From assembly GCF_035084215.1 (NCBI RefSeq), contig NC_090348.1, positions 44,888,001 to 44,952,000 on the forward strand: 64,000 bases of DNA, given 5' to 3'. Position 1 is the first letter of the stretch; every line of letters begins with the position of its first letter. Both the position numbers and the translations under genes were made by a program. The stretch is from Heptranchias perlo. Its lineage: Eukaryota. The notes beneath the pieces are model-generated. The model was not told where the DNA came from. It did not search any database and saw only the letters and a list, made by a program, of their open reading frames with translations. Positions 11,403 through 22,895 of the stretch are shown piece by piece.

Positions 11403-12493
11403 TACTTTGTTAAGTTTCATTATTCATTTCATTGATGCCTGGAAGTTTCAACAAAATGCAGTTTCCTCATGGACCTGTGATGTAACATTGCTATGGTCAT
11501 TGTAAAACATTCAGCTTTGCACAAAGAGAAACTAACAAATAAAGTTTGCATGTGACATCGTCCCAGCTTTTAATGTCAGGGCTCTTTTGTCAAACTAACA
11601 AAGGTTATGTAACCACTGAATTGTTTTGCTGTCCATAGTTAAGCAGACTACCTTTGTGACCTGGGACCACACTGGTGTATCTTAGCACAAAAGCAAAAAT
11701 TGAAACTTAAGATGTAACCACAATTCACGCGACAATGCTTAAATGCAACAGCGATAACTCCAGCTATATTACACTCAGTAGCCAGAAAAATAAGTAGAAT
11801 CCCAGTGTCAATTTATAACTCTGGTTATTATTAAAAAATTAGGACAGGTGCTGTTAAAGTGAGGGATGTTAGTGCCGTGGAACAGTGTCATACCATACAC
11901 TGTCAGTTGTACAGTGTATGACATGGACAGAAGCACAGTAAGGCTCCTTCCAGTCTGTCCCGACAATCAGGTATATTTTACTCTTTGACTGCTAATGAAA
12001 TGGCGGGTGTGCACAGTTTTTAAATGAGCATTTTGATAGAATTCTTCAGTAGGAAGCACAAGAAAAACAGACAAATATGATTCTGTAATAATGACCTGTT
12101 AATACTTCTCAAGCAGCTAAAGAGGGAATTAACCAGTGTCAATGGCAAAAAGTTTAGTAATCTAGCTTGTTGGACTCACGAGAAACCTAGTTTACTTGTG
12201 TGACCCTTTGCGTTTATTTACTCATCCTTTGTTTTTTGGGAGGGGGAGGCTTCTATGGCCAACAGAATTTCTTAAAATTCATTGTGTACAATATTGAAGA
12301 ATTAGCATCAGATAATGTCCGTTTCTCAAGGGCTTTGTGTAGAGTTGCTTTTCTGGCTGATCCAATATGTCGTTTGTATTTTTATTGTAGTTAAAGCCAT
12401 TTAATATTAGGAACACTGTTCAAATTTTGTAACCTGCTGGGTGACTAGTTCCACTGGCCCCAAAAATACACCTTAAACTACATTTTCACATCG

Positions 12494-12532
12494 TTCACCT
12501 GACGAAGGGGGAAGCCTCCGAAAGCTTGTGAA
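12494..12532 (+). ncRNA. Minimal type I hammerhead ribozyme (Penelope-associated)
   Basis: TTCAC-CTGACGA-A-GGGGG-AAG-CCTCC-GAAA-GC-TT-GTGAA: stem I, CUGANGA core, stem II, GAAA, palindromic AGCU stem III, NUH site. Confidence 0.75.
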
Positions 12533-12620
12533 TTTAAAATAAAATTGCTGGACTATAACTTGGTGTTGTAAAATTGTTTACAATTGTCAACCCCAGTCCA
12601 TCACCGGCATCTCCACATCA
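12494..12620 (+). mobile_element. Solo Penelope pseudo-LTR fragment
   Basis: Matches the pLTR of the Penelope element at 29248-30986 (GGACTATAACTTGGTGTTGTAAAATTG...CCCCAGTCCATCACCGGCATCTCCACATCA). Confidence 0.85.
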
Positions 12621-13884
12621 TACATTTTCTGGGATGGACTTGTACTCTCCACCCACACCTACAAGACCATCAAAGTAAGAAGGGGGGCTCCCTAAATCAG
12701 AAATGTCCACATCTTGGTCCTTAGGACTTAATGTGGCACCAGCGCAGGTCTCATCCGTACCAGGGGCCCTCCTGGGGTTCAGGGCCTGGACTCCTGATGA
12801 TTGGGAGGGGGGGGGGGGGGTACAGACTTTTAAAAAAAAGATTTTTAAAATGGCTCCCTGACACAGGGGATTGCCCCAGCACAATCTGCTAGTTTCTGTG
12901 GAGGGGACCTGGTCCTTCTCCTTTCACTGAGCTGGCCAGCTTCCGCCCACATTTCCAGGGTCTTTGGTGGCAGATGCTAGAGATGCACCAAAGGCCTGCT
13001 TCTAGAGACGTCTTTCTGTGACCCTGTGAACTTCAGTGGCGGCATTCTCCAGCAGGCTCAACTATGGCATAACTATGGTAAGGATCACTCCCACCTACGG
13101 ATTCTCAGGGCCATTATCTCTTCCACTGAACACATTTGAATTACACATTTCTGTTATTTGAAGACTCCACCCATCAGACAAACATTTTTTTTTGAATCCT
13201 TTAAATTCAGTTTCTATTTAAATTAAGGTTTGTTTTTTGAGCCTTTATTCAAATATGATTTCGACAACGGAAATGTTGACAGTCTCATTTACCTTCACAC
13301 TATCTCTGTGGCTGTGATGATATTTTGTAATCTTACCCTTCATTCAGCCAACATGACATGGATTTCAAAAACCACTTTCATTTACATACTCCTGCCCAAT
13401 ATAATTTCATGATTACTATTTGAAAAGGCCTTAGCAGGAAGAAAACTGTACCCTATCTTTTCATTAACTTCCATTTTTGAACAGGAGCAATGCTCAGCAC
13501 AGGTAAATAGTCCATTATTGTTTTACACACCACTGTTTACATATGCCTGCATTTTTGTTTAAATTAGTGAATACTTTTAAAACCAGCCTCAGGAAAAAGT
13601 CACACCAGTGAATTCAGTTCTCTATTTCCATACACAGTATGCATACTGTGCATCTGTCTGATGGCAGAACGAACTTGTGTGTGTGTAAAAATAGATTGAA
13701 CTATGTGCTGATTCTTAAAGTTTCTCTGAGGCAGTAAATCGAATATAGAGTAACACAGGAACAGGGCAGCAACAGATTGAGAGGGCAGGATGTCAATATA
13801 CACCATCTGAATTTAAAAAAAATCATTTTACAAAGAAACTCACTTATAATTGTTACAAATGGTGACACTAGCACTGCAGCACAC

Positions 13885-14442
13885 TATGTCACAGGTTAGT
13901 GAGGGATTCGCATGCACAGAGAATTGGGGTTCCAGTGTACTGTCACAGGCAAGTGAGAGATGGGCACAGATCATTGGGGGTTCCAGTGTTTTGTCACAGG
14001 TCAGTGAGCGATGGGCACAGGGCATTGGGGTTTCAGTGTACTATCACAGGTCAGTGAGGGAGGTGCACACACCGGTGCATTGGGGTTCCAGTGTACTGTC
14101 ACAGGTCAGTGAGTGATGGGCACAGAGCATTGGGGTTCCAGTGTACTGTCACAGGTCAGTGAGCGATGGGCACAGGGCATTGGGGTTTCAGTGTACTGTC
14201 ACAGGTCAGTGAGGGAGGTGCACGCACAGAGCATTGGGGCTCCACTGTACTGTCACAGGTCAGTGAGAGATGGGCACGGGGCATTGGGGTTTCAGTGTAC
14301 TGTCACAGGTCAGTGAGGGAAGTGCACGCACAGAGCATTGGGGTTCCAGTGTATTGTCACAGGTCAGTGAGAAATGTGCACAGAGCATTGGGGTTCCAGC
14401 GCATGGTGTCACAGGTCAGTGAGGGATGGGCACAGAGCATTG
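13885..14442. repeat. Minisatellite, ~57-60-bp unit, about 9-10 copies
   Basis: CAGTGTACTGTCACAGGTCAGTGAG(C/G)GA(T/G)G(G/T)GCACAGAGCATTGGGGTT(C/T) repeated. Confidence 0.9.
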
Positions 14443-14589
14443 TAATTCCGGTGCCAGATTGACAAGATATGGGGGGGCTAAATTGGATAACCCCCGAAAG
14501 AGGGCAAGGGGATCGCAGTACACGATTAACCCACATCTGTTCATTACACTGCAGGCAGTATGTTAGATTTCTGAGTGAGAAGAGGAACA

Positions 14590-15150
14590 AAACATAAAGC
14601 AATCAGATTCGTACTAGCCTGGAACTTGGGAGAGAGGTCTGCAGTTTCACCTCCCTAATACCTTAATGGTCTTATAGACAAGGAACTACAGGGAGGCCTT
14701 CTCAAAGTAGCTTGTAACTAATGGACTTTCTTCCATTTCAGGTCTCTCCTTTTATTGTGTACCACTTTGTCTTGCAAGCATACAAGTAGTCTTGAGATGT
14801 TGGAGGAATATCTCAAACAAGACACTGCCCAACCTGTAGCCCATCTTGGGTGTCAGAAAGTGACCATTTATCATGCAGCTAGGTTGCGTTTCAAGGATTT
14901 GCTGTATGAAGTCTTCTTACAATATCAAAGCTTTCAGCTGCTAAGTTGCACCTTGAATGTGTGCCCTCCTAGAATATGGGCATCTGCAATAAGCAATAAA
15001 AGAACTGAAATGTTGTGTCAAAGTTTGGCATGGGCCAGTAGTAAATGTATAGCAGGTTGACAAGCCACACTAGGGTCATCCACCTGATAAATGGTAGTGT
15101 TGTGTAGCCATACCTTGTCAGTTTTCTTAAGATCTGCCATCTTCTTCCAC
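14590..15150. repeat. Locally duplicated block; paralogous to 23703-24275 and 24281-24718
   Basis: Shared TTCGTACTAG...GGAGAGAGGTCTGCAGTTTCACCTC, AATGGACTTTCTTCCATTTCAGGTCTC, TTTTCTTAAGATCTGCCATCTTCTTC. Confidence 0.8.
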
Positions 15151-15152
15151 AG

Positions 15153-15830
15153 TATGAAGTGATGCATTTTGGAAGGAAGAATGAGGAGGGGCAATATAAA
15201 CTAAATGGTACAATTTTAAAGGGGGTGCAGGAACAGAGAGCCTTGGGGGTTTACACACACAAATCTTTGAAGGTGGCAGGACAAGTTGATAAAGCTGTTA
15301 AAAAAACACATGGGACCCTTGGCTTTATAAATAGAAGCCATGATGTGGAGATGCCGGTGATGGACTGGGGTGGACAAATGTAAGGAATCTTACAACACCA
15401 GGTTATAGTCCAACAAATTTATTTTAAAATCACAAGCTTTCGGAGATTATCTCCTTCGTCAGATGAATCATCTGACGAAGGAGATAATCTCCGAAAGCTT
15501 GTGATTTTAAAATAAATTTGTTGGACTATAACCTGGTGTTGTAAGATTCCTTACATTTATAAATAGAGGCAGAGTACAAAAGCAAGGAAGTGATGATAAA
15601 CCTTTAAAAATCACTGGTTAGACCTCAGCTAGAGTATTGTGTCCAATTCTGGGCACCACACTGTAGAAAGGATGTTAAGGGGAGGAAGATTAAGGGGAGA
15701 TTTAATAGCGGTGTTTAAAATAATGAGGGGTTTTGATAGAATAGATAGGGAGAAAGTTTCCACTAGCAGGAGGGTTGGTAACCAGAGGACACAGATTTAA
15801 GATAATTGCAAAAAAAGCCAGACGTAGATG
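15153..15830 (+). mobile_element. CR1 LINE 3' RT fragment interrupted by a Penelope hairpin
   Basis: MHFGRKNEEGQYKLNGTILKGVQEQRALGV; paralogue at 24722-25270. Confidence 0.85.
15341..15558. mobile_element. Penelope pLTR-only palindromic insertion
   Basis: Perfect 91-bp arms 15376-15466 and 15468-15558 with a 1-nt loop; flanked by near-duplicated TTTATAAATAGA(A/G)GC; hammerhead core CTGACGA...GAAAGCTT on both strands. Confidence 0.85.
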
Positions 15831-15901
15831 TGCAAGACAATGTAAGCCAGGGAGGAGATGTGTAAGACTATGTAAGCCAGGGAGGAGATGTGTAAGACAT
15901 T

Positions 15902-18900
15902 GGGCCCGATATTAGGAGGGAGGCGGGTTGGCAGCGGGGGGTCGACTGGGCGCATGGGTAAGATGCCCAGTGAATTCCGGGTGCTCCGCATGCGATCGCA
16001 GCCTAATTGAAGTTACTTACGCATGCTTCCGGGTTTCCCGTTCCAGACCTGCGCAGCAGGCGCACTGCGCACCCGCATCACAGGCTGTCAGCAGGAGGAG
16101 CCCTATTTAAAGGGGCAGTCCTCCAATGCTCCTCCTGCAGCAAAGAACCAATTTTGGAGCAGGCCAGAGGCAAAGCTGCTCCAAGGTTCTCTGACTTCTC
16201 ACTCCAGGTGCTGCTCGATGGGGTGAGGAGGAGGAGGGAAATTTTTTTTCCATCGGATGGGAGGAGGTGGCCTCCTTCCGCCACCAAGAAGGCCTGGCTG
16301 GAGGTGGCCGAGGAGGTCAGCAGAGGCGGCAATGTGTGCAGAACCTGGGTCCAGTGCAGGAAGCGATTTAATGACCTAACTAGGTCAGCCAAAGTGAGTA
16401 TACTTACGCATTCTCGCACTCCGTCTTCCACATCACCTCCACCACCACACAACTTCTTCTGCACTGGCACCACAACACTCTCGCATCACTCCTCACATCC
16501 ACTCAACCATCATCCTTACCTTGCCTGCACTTACTCACCGCCTCAGTTCCCATTCGAACACTACCACGCAACCCAATCCTCAAACAATCTCATGGCCATG
16601 TCTCACACGCACCCTCCCATGCATCTCCCTCACGCTCACCCCCACCCACACGAATGCATGCAGCAGGTCACCATGCAACCATCACTCAATCATGCCTCTG
16701 TGTTTTGCCTTGTTAGGAGAAGAGATGCCATAATGCCCGGGAGAGGGCAAGGACCGGAGGGGGCCCGCCACACCAGGTGGTCTTAACAGGCGCGGAGCGG
16801 CAGGCACTAGAAATAAGCCGGACGCTGGAGTGCCAGTCTGTGGTGGACGCCGAGACTGGGAGTGCACAAGCAGCTGGTGACAGAAATCTAACACTCAGCA
16901 CTCATGACAGCGAATTATCTTAGCATCACTTGGCATCTGCAGCACCTCAACATCTGTCCACATGCTTAATATTGCTTTCTGTTCTCTTGCAGGGCCATCT
17001 GCTAGCGCCGTGATGGTGGAGGGAGATTCCTCAGAGGACCTGCCGGCCTCTGAGGGTGCAGCGTCACATCTGAGCCAGCCATCCACCAGTGCAGATACAT
17101 ACACCTCGGTGGGTTCCCGTCCTCAGTTAGTTGGGTTTGCACATGGTGAGTCACCACGCACATGTGAGCCGGAGCAGACCCTGGGGCAGCTGTGGAGAGT
17201 CCGCGTCGGTGGGAGCACTCTTCTCTAGGCTCTGCTCAGCTGGACCCAGATGCTGAACCCTGGGGGCCAGCCATGAAAAGGAGAGTCATCGAGGGCCAGC
17301 AGCACATTGCCGAGGTACTGGAACAGTTGCCACGCACACTCTCCACAATCGCGCAGAGGATGGAGGAGTCCAACTCCTGCATGAGTGGAATACTGTCACA
17401 GGGACGTGAAGGCATCTCTGAGATAGTGTCGCGAGTAGGTGCGGGAATGTCTGCGATGGAGGAAAGGCTAGCCTCCATCGAGCTTCAAGCATGGCTCAAC
17501 AATAAGTCCATTCAGGCCCTGACAACGGCCGTTCGGATTCAGGGTGAGCAACATTCTGCTGCCTTAAAAAGGCTGACAGGTACCTTACAACTGGCCTTCC
17601 AAGGCTTCACACAAGTCCTCCAAACTGTCGTCCAGCAGGGTGGAAGGAGTGATGTAGGCCTGGGCCAGGAGAGGGATGATGGTGAAAGGGGACATGGAAG
17701 TGGGGACGCCACTCAAAGCGCTCCCACGTCTCACCTTTTGCCCCCCTCTCAACCAGTACCCGCAATGCTGCCCCTTCTCCAGGTGGCCGAGTCTGCCCCT
17801 GCACAGGTGCAGGTGGAGAAGTCTTTGGAGGGGCCCTCACCGGAACCCAGAGGGCGTCAGCGCAAAGCATCTCATCGGTCAGGGAATGGACAAGAGCAAC
17901 CTGCCACTACCTCTGCTGAAGCCACAGGGGTAGCACTACGTAGGGGTTCCCGTAAATAATAAGGCGAAGGTTTTGTGAGCACAAGGGTGTAAGACAAAAT
18001 GTCATGTTTTTGATTTACTTTTGTTTGTTTTGCAAAAAAACATTAAAAATTGTTATCACCACTACTGCCATGTCTTTGCAAATCTTGTCTGGTTTGTGCA
18101 ATAATGCCCTTTCCTGAGGATCACATGAAGACCCACACCTGATGCCACCCATTGTGTCACTGCAGAGTGGGTGTAGGTGTATTGCAGGGCTCTTTTGTGC
18201 AGACAACTGAGAGACGCCGGCGATGTCCCCGGTTGCACCCTGGAAGGATGTGGAGGAGAAGTTGTTGAGGGCAGTGGTGACTTTGACAGCGACGACTTTG
18301 ACAGCGACAGGTAAGAAGATGGTGCTCGGGCCAGCTAGGAGCAGCTGGGCATCAAGGAGGCTGCAGATGTCCACGACTACATGTCGAGTGACTCTGAGCC
18401 TCTGTGTGCACTTCTGCTCAGAGAGGTCCAGGAAGCTGAGCCTCGGTCTGTAGACCCTGTGGCGAGGGTAGTGCCTTCTGCGACACATCTCTCTCTGTGG
18501 TTGCCCTCCTTCCTGCTGTGCAGGTGGATGTGTCACAGCACTGTGTTGTGGGGCTCCACGTGTCAGAGATGGACGGCGTATCCGGTGAGGCTGGTGATGC
18601 TGTTCATCCTCCGAGGAGGTCATGACTGCAGCTATGGCGGCCCCCATCTGGAAGATGTATGTTTGAGGAGGTCCGCAAGGTAGGTAAATGTGTCTGCACA
18701 CCGGGGTTGAGGTTGCAAGGTTGTGACCTTTTGTGTTAGGAGGAGGGTGGTGCAGGCCAAACTTTGTCCAAAGTGACAGAGTGGTCTCCTGCAATGAGTG
18801 AGGGTCTCTCCCCCCCCCAACAACCTGTCAAATGGACCTTTGTAGCTGCCACAGGCTGGTGGCTGCAACGCGTCCATTTCAACTGGGAGTGTTTCCCTCA

Positions 18901-19189
18901 GTACGGGAAACATGCTCAGTTGACCTGAAAATCCCACCCCTCCTAAAATATCCTCCAAATCAAGTCTCCTAATGAACTGATGTATCAAATTAATTGATTT
19001 AAGTGGGATCCCACCTGCTTTAATTGCCGGCAGGAGTCCCGCATGCGGGGGCTGCGCGCGCATCTAAGCCATTGGGGAACCCGGAAGTGGGCGGGTTGGA
19101 GCCGGGCTCCAGACCCGCCCCGGGAATCCCCACTATTCGGAGCCCCCCCGCCACGAACGCACCCGCTCGGACATCCGAAAATCGAGCCC
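15902..19189. mobile_element. PIF/Harbinger DNA transposon, internally deleted
   Basis: Imperfect TIRs GGGCCCGATATT / AAAATCGAGCCC, ATT on both sides; Myb/SANT gene on + strand converging on a 5'-only transposase remnant on - strand (18190-18650: RRHYPRHRVYRPRLSFLDLSEQKCTQRLR...LPVAVKV..ALN..S.SFQGATGDIAGVSQ). Confidence 0.85.
16154..17959 (+). pseudogene. Harbinger Myb/SANT-like DNA-binding protein gene, 3 exons (16154-16393, 16717-16876, 16993-17959)
   Basis: APRFSDFSLQVLLDGVRRRREIFF...KKAWLEVAEEVS...RTWVQCRKRFNDL; exon 2 EKRCHNARERARTGGGPP; GT/AG sites; start codon appears mutated to TTG; frameshift near 17185. Confidence 0.75.
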
Positions 19190-19192
19190 ATT

Positions 19193-19420
19193 GTGTTGAT
19201 GAATATGGCGGAGTTCAGGTGAGGAGCACTCAAGGCAATGTGCGTGCAGTCAATAGCACCCTGCACCATGGGAAAGCCTGCAACCCGTGCAAAACCTTGT
19301 GCTCGCTTCTCCTGCTTGTCTCTGGCAAGAGGGAATGAGATGTACGTGTTTCTCATTGTACAAGGAGCCTCAGTGACCTCTCTTATACAGCAGTGCACTT
19401 CAAACTGCGAGATGCTGCTT
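19193..19420 (-). mobile_element. Harbinger (HARBI1-like DDE) transposase fragment
   Basis: YISFP...RAQGFARVAGFPMVQGAIDCTHIAL...FIN. Confidence 0.8.
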
Positions 19421-19689
19421 AAGCTATGCTGGCAGAGGCCTGAGATGAGGATATTTGCCCACCTCCCAATGGAAATAGAAGTTCAGGGAAACCTAGAGAC
19501 TTAAAAAAATCAAAAGAGAGGGGAAAATTGACTTGCCATAAGTAATGGTGTATGTCACTAATGCTATAATTTTCTCTTTCCTTTGAGCCGTAAAATGGGC
19601 CCAATGGCTTAGATGTGCCATTACAATGGTGCAAGTCTGCAGAAATTTCTAGGCCAATATCTACTTCACACCCTTTATTTGTACAATCT

Positions 19690-20250
19690 GTCACTCCTTC
19701 TAAAGATTCTACTCAGTTTGTCAAACATGACTAGCCTGTAAAAATCTGTGTTGGCTGTCCTTGATTAACTCATGCATTTATAAATATTTTCTAATTTTAT
19801 CTTGAATTATGGATTCTAAGAGTTTGCCTACAACTGACATTAGACTAAATGGTTATCCGCTTTATCCTTCTCTCACTTCTTGAGCAAGAGTTTACACCAG
19901 CTACTCTCCAATCCTGCGGCACACTAAGGATTGCAAAATTGTGGCAGAGCCTCTACTATCACCTGTCTGACTTCTTTCAACAGCCTAGAGTGCATGGCAT
20001 CAGAGACCGGAGACTTATTCACTTTGAATTCTGCTATCTTTTTTGGAATCAGTTCCTTTTGTAGTCAGCTCTGTCAATTGTTCCATTTTCTCTCTAATAC
20101 ATCTATGTTCCCACTGCCACCATCATATGTAAAAACCAATGCAAAATATTTATATCTCCGCCATACCTTCATCCTCCACAATTAGGCTCCCTCCTTCATC
20201 CATTAGTAGTCCTACTCAAACTATGAACTTTTTTATGCTTATATTGTTTT
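19690..20250 (-). mobile_element. Old CR1 LINE fragment
   Basis: Degenerate DNA similarity to the CR1 RT region found elsewhere in the window. Confidence 0.55.
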
Positions 20251-20339
20251 ACCTGCTAACCTTTTTTCATATTCCCTTTAGCCCTTCGAATGTTCCTTTT
20301 CACCTCACTACCACACTCAGTATATTCCTCATGGTTATC

Positions 20340-22095
20340 TATAGTATCATAGAATCAAAGAAAGGTTACAGCATGGAAGGAGGCCATTCGGCCCATCGAG
20401 TCTGCGCCGGCTTGATGCAAGAGCAATCCAACTAGTCCCACTTCCCTGCCCTATCCCCGTAGCAATGCAAATTTTTTCCTTTCAAGTACTTATCCAGTTC
20501 CCTTTTGAAGGCCATGATTGAATCTGCCTCCACTACCCTCTCGGGCAGTGCATTCCAGATCCTAACCAGTCGCTGTATAAAAAAGTTTTTCCTCATATCA
20601 CCTTTGGTTCTTTTGCCAATCACCTTAAATCTATGTCCTCTAGCTCTTGACCCTTCCGCCAATGGAACGGTTTATCTCTAGACCCTTCATGATTTTGAAT
20701 ACTTCTAGCAACTGTCTCTGCTCCAAGGAGAACAACCCCAGCTTCTTCAGTCTATCCATGAAACTAAAGCCCCTCATCCCTGGAATTATTCTCGCAAATC
20801 TCTTCTGCTCCCTCTCTAAGGCCTTTGCATCTTTCCTAAAGTGCGGTACCCAGAACTGGACACAATACTCCAGTTGTGGCCAAACCAGTGTTTTATAAAG
20901 GTTTATCACGACTTCGATACTTTTGTACTCTATGCATCTATTTATAAAGCCCAGGATCCCGTATGCTTTTTTAACTGCTTTCTCAACCTGCGCTGCCACC
21001 TTCAACAATTTGTGCACATATACCCCCAGATCTCTCTGTTCCTGTACCCCTTTTAGAGTTGTGCCCTCTAGTTTATATTGCCTCTCTTCGTTCTTCCTAC
21101 CGAAATGTATCACTTCGCATTTTTCTGGGTTAATTTTCATCTGCCACGTGTCTGCCCATGCCACCAGCCTGTCTATATCCTCTTGAAGTCTATCACTATC
21201 TTCCTTACTGTTTACTACCCTTCCAAGTTTTGTGTCATCTGCAAATTTTGAAATTGTGCCCTGTTCACCCAAGTCCAAGTCATAGAAAAGCAGTGGTCCC
21301 AGCACTGACCCCTGGGGAACACCACCGTACACCTCCCTCCAGTCCGAAAAACAACAGTTCACCGCTACTTTCTGTCTCCTGTCCCTTAGCCAATTCTGTA
21401 TCCATGTTGCTACTGCTCCCTTTATTCCATGGGCCGCAATCTTGATAAGCCTACCATGTGGCACTTTATCAAATTCCTTTTGAAAGTCCATATACACCAT
21501 ATCAACTGCATTGCCCTCATCTACCCTCTCTGTTACCTCATCAAAAAATTCTATCAGGTTAGTTAAACACGATTTGCCTTTAACAAATCCATGCTGGCTT
21601 TCCCTAATCAATCCACATTCGTCCAAGTGACTGTTAATTGGATTATTGTTTCTAAAAGTTTCCCTACCACTGAGGTTAAACTGACTGGCCTATAGTTGCT
21701 GGGTTTATCCTTACACCCTTTATTGAACAAGGGTGTAACATTTGCAATTCTCCAGTCCTCCAGCACCACCTCCGTATCTAAGGAAGATTGGAAGATTATG
21801 GCCAGTACCACAGCAATTTCCACCCTTACTTCCCTCAGCAACCTAGGATGCATCCCATCCAGACAGGGTGACTTATATACTTTAAGTACAGCTAGCCTTT
21901 CGCTTGCCTCTTCTTTGTCAATTTTTAGCCCATCCAGTTTCTCAACTATATTTTCCTTTACTGAGACTCTGGCAGCATCTTCTTCCTTGGTAAAGACAGA
22001 TGCAAAGTATTCATTTAGTACCTCACCATCCCTTCTGCCTCCATGAGTAGATCTTCTTTATGGTCCCTAATCGGCCCCACCCCTCCTCTTACTCC
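20340..22095 (-). mobile_element. 5'-truncated CR1 LINE (RT and 3' end)
   Basis: ORF 20640-21626: QHGFVKGKSCLTNL, GVPQGSVLGPLLF, KFADDTKL; typical CR1 3' tail near 20340-20420. Confidence 0.92.
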
Positions 22096-22464
22096 TAACT
22101 TTATTATATGCCTCCCTTTAAAGTTTCTGATACTTTTTATCCTATTTATCGACAGAACTCTATACTTTGATGCACCCCATTTTCATCTTATAGGAACATA
22201 TATATATTTTGCTCTCTGCATCTCATCTTTGAAGATTTCCCACTGCTGATTTGTTGACCTGTTAGCTAATTTTTCTGTTAATTTGGGCCAGATCTCCTTC
22301 TATCCTTGCCTTTTCCAGTTCTGTGAAGCACCATGGGTGTTTTCTTACATACCACAAAGAGGGAGCCTAATTGTGGAGGATGAAGGTATGGGTGGTATAT
22401 TCATGCAAGTTGTTGTTGTTGAATATATTATGGTGTTAGCCTTTGCTCAGTGTTATCAGTCTGC

Positions 22465-22895
22465 CTTCTGAGTTAGAAGGTTGTGGGTTGAAGCCCTGCT
22501 CCAGAGACTTGAGCACATAATCCAGGCTGACATTTCAGTGCAGTATTGAGGAAGTGGGGTGTTGTCTATCAGATGACGTTAAACTAAGGCCACGTCTGTC
22601 CTTTCAGGTGGATCATAGAATCATAGATGTAAAAGATCCCATGGCACTATTGGAAGCAGGGGAGTTCCCCCGGTGTCCTGGCCAAAACTAATCCTTTGAC
22701 TAACATCACTAAAAACAGATTATATGGCCATTTAGCTCTTTGCTGTTTTGGGGGCCTTGTTGTGTGAAAATTGGCTGCTGCATTTCCCTCCATTACAAGA
22801 GTGACTACAATTCAAAAGTACTTAATTGGCTGTGAATCACTTTGAGACAACCAAAGATTGTGAAAGATGCTATATAAATGCAACTTCTTTATTTC
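22465..22895 (+). mobile_element. SacSINE1/DeuSINE-like SINE
   Basis: Same body and tail as 95-530. Confidence 0.75.

Noticed and set aside
13838-13885. Minus-strand donor AA|GTGAGT, a possible upstream non-coding exon of the IgSF gene (another donor at ~8611)
   Set aside because: A donor motif alone is insufficient; no supporting acceptor, promoter or coding signal
13850-14462. Repetitive ORFs and CRISPR-like periodicity
   Set aside because: Minisatellite with no unique spacers in a eukaryotic context
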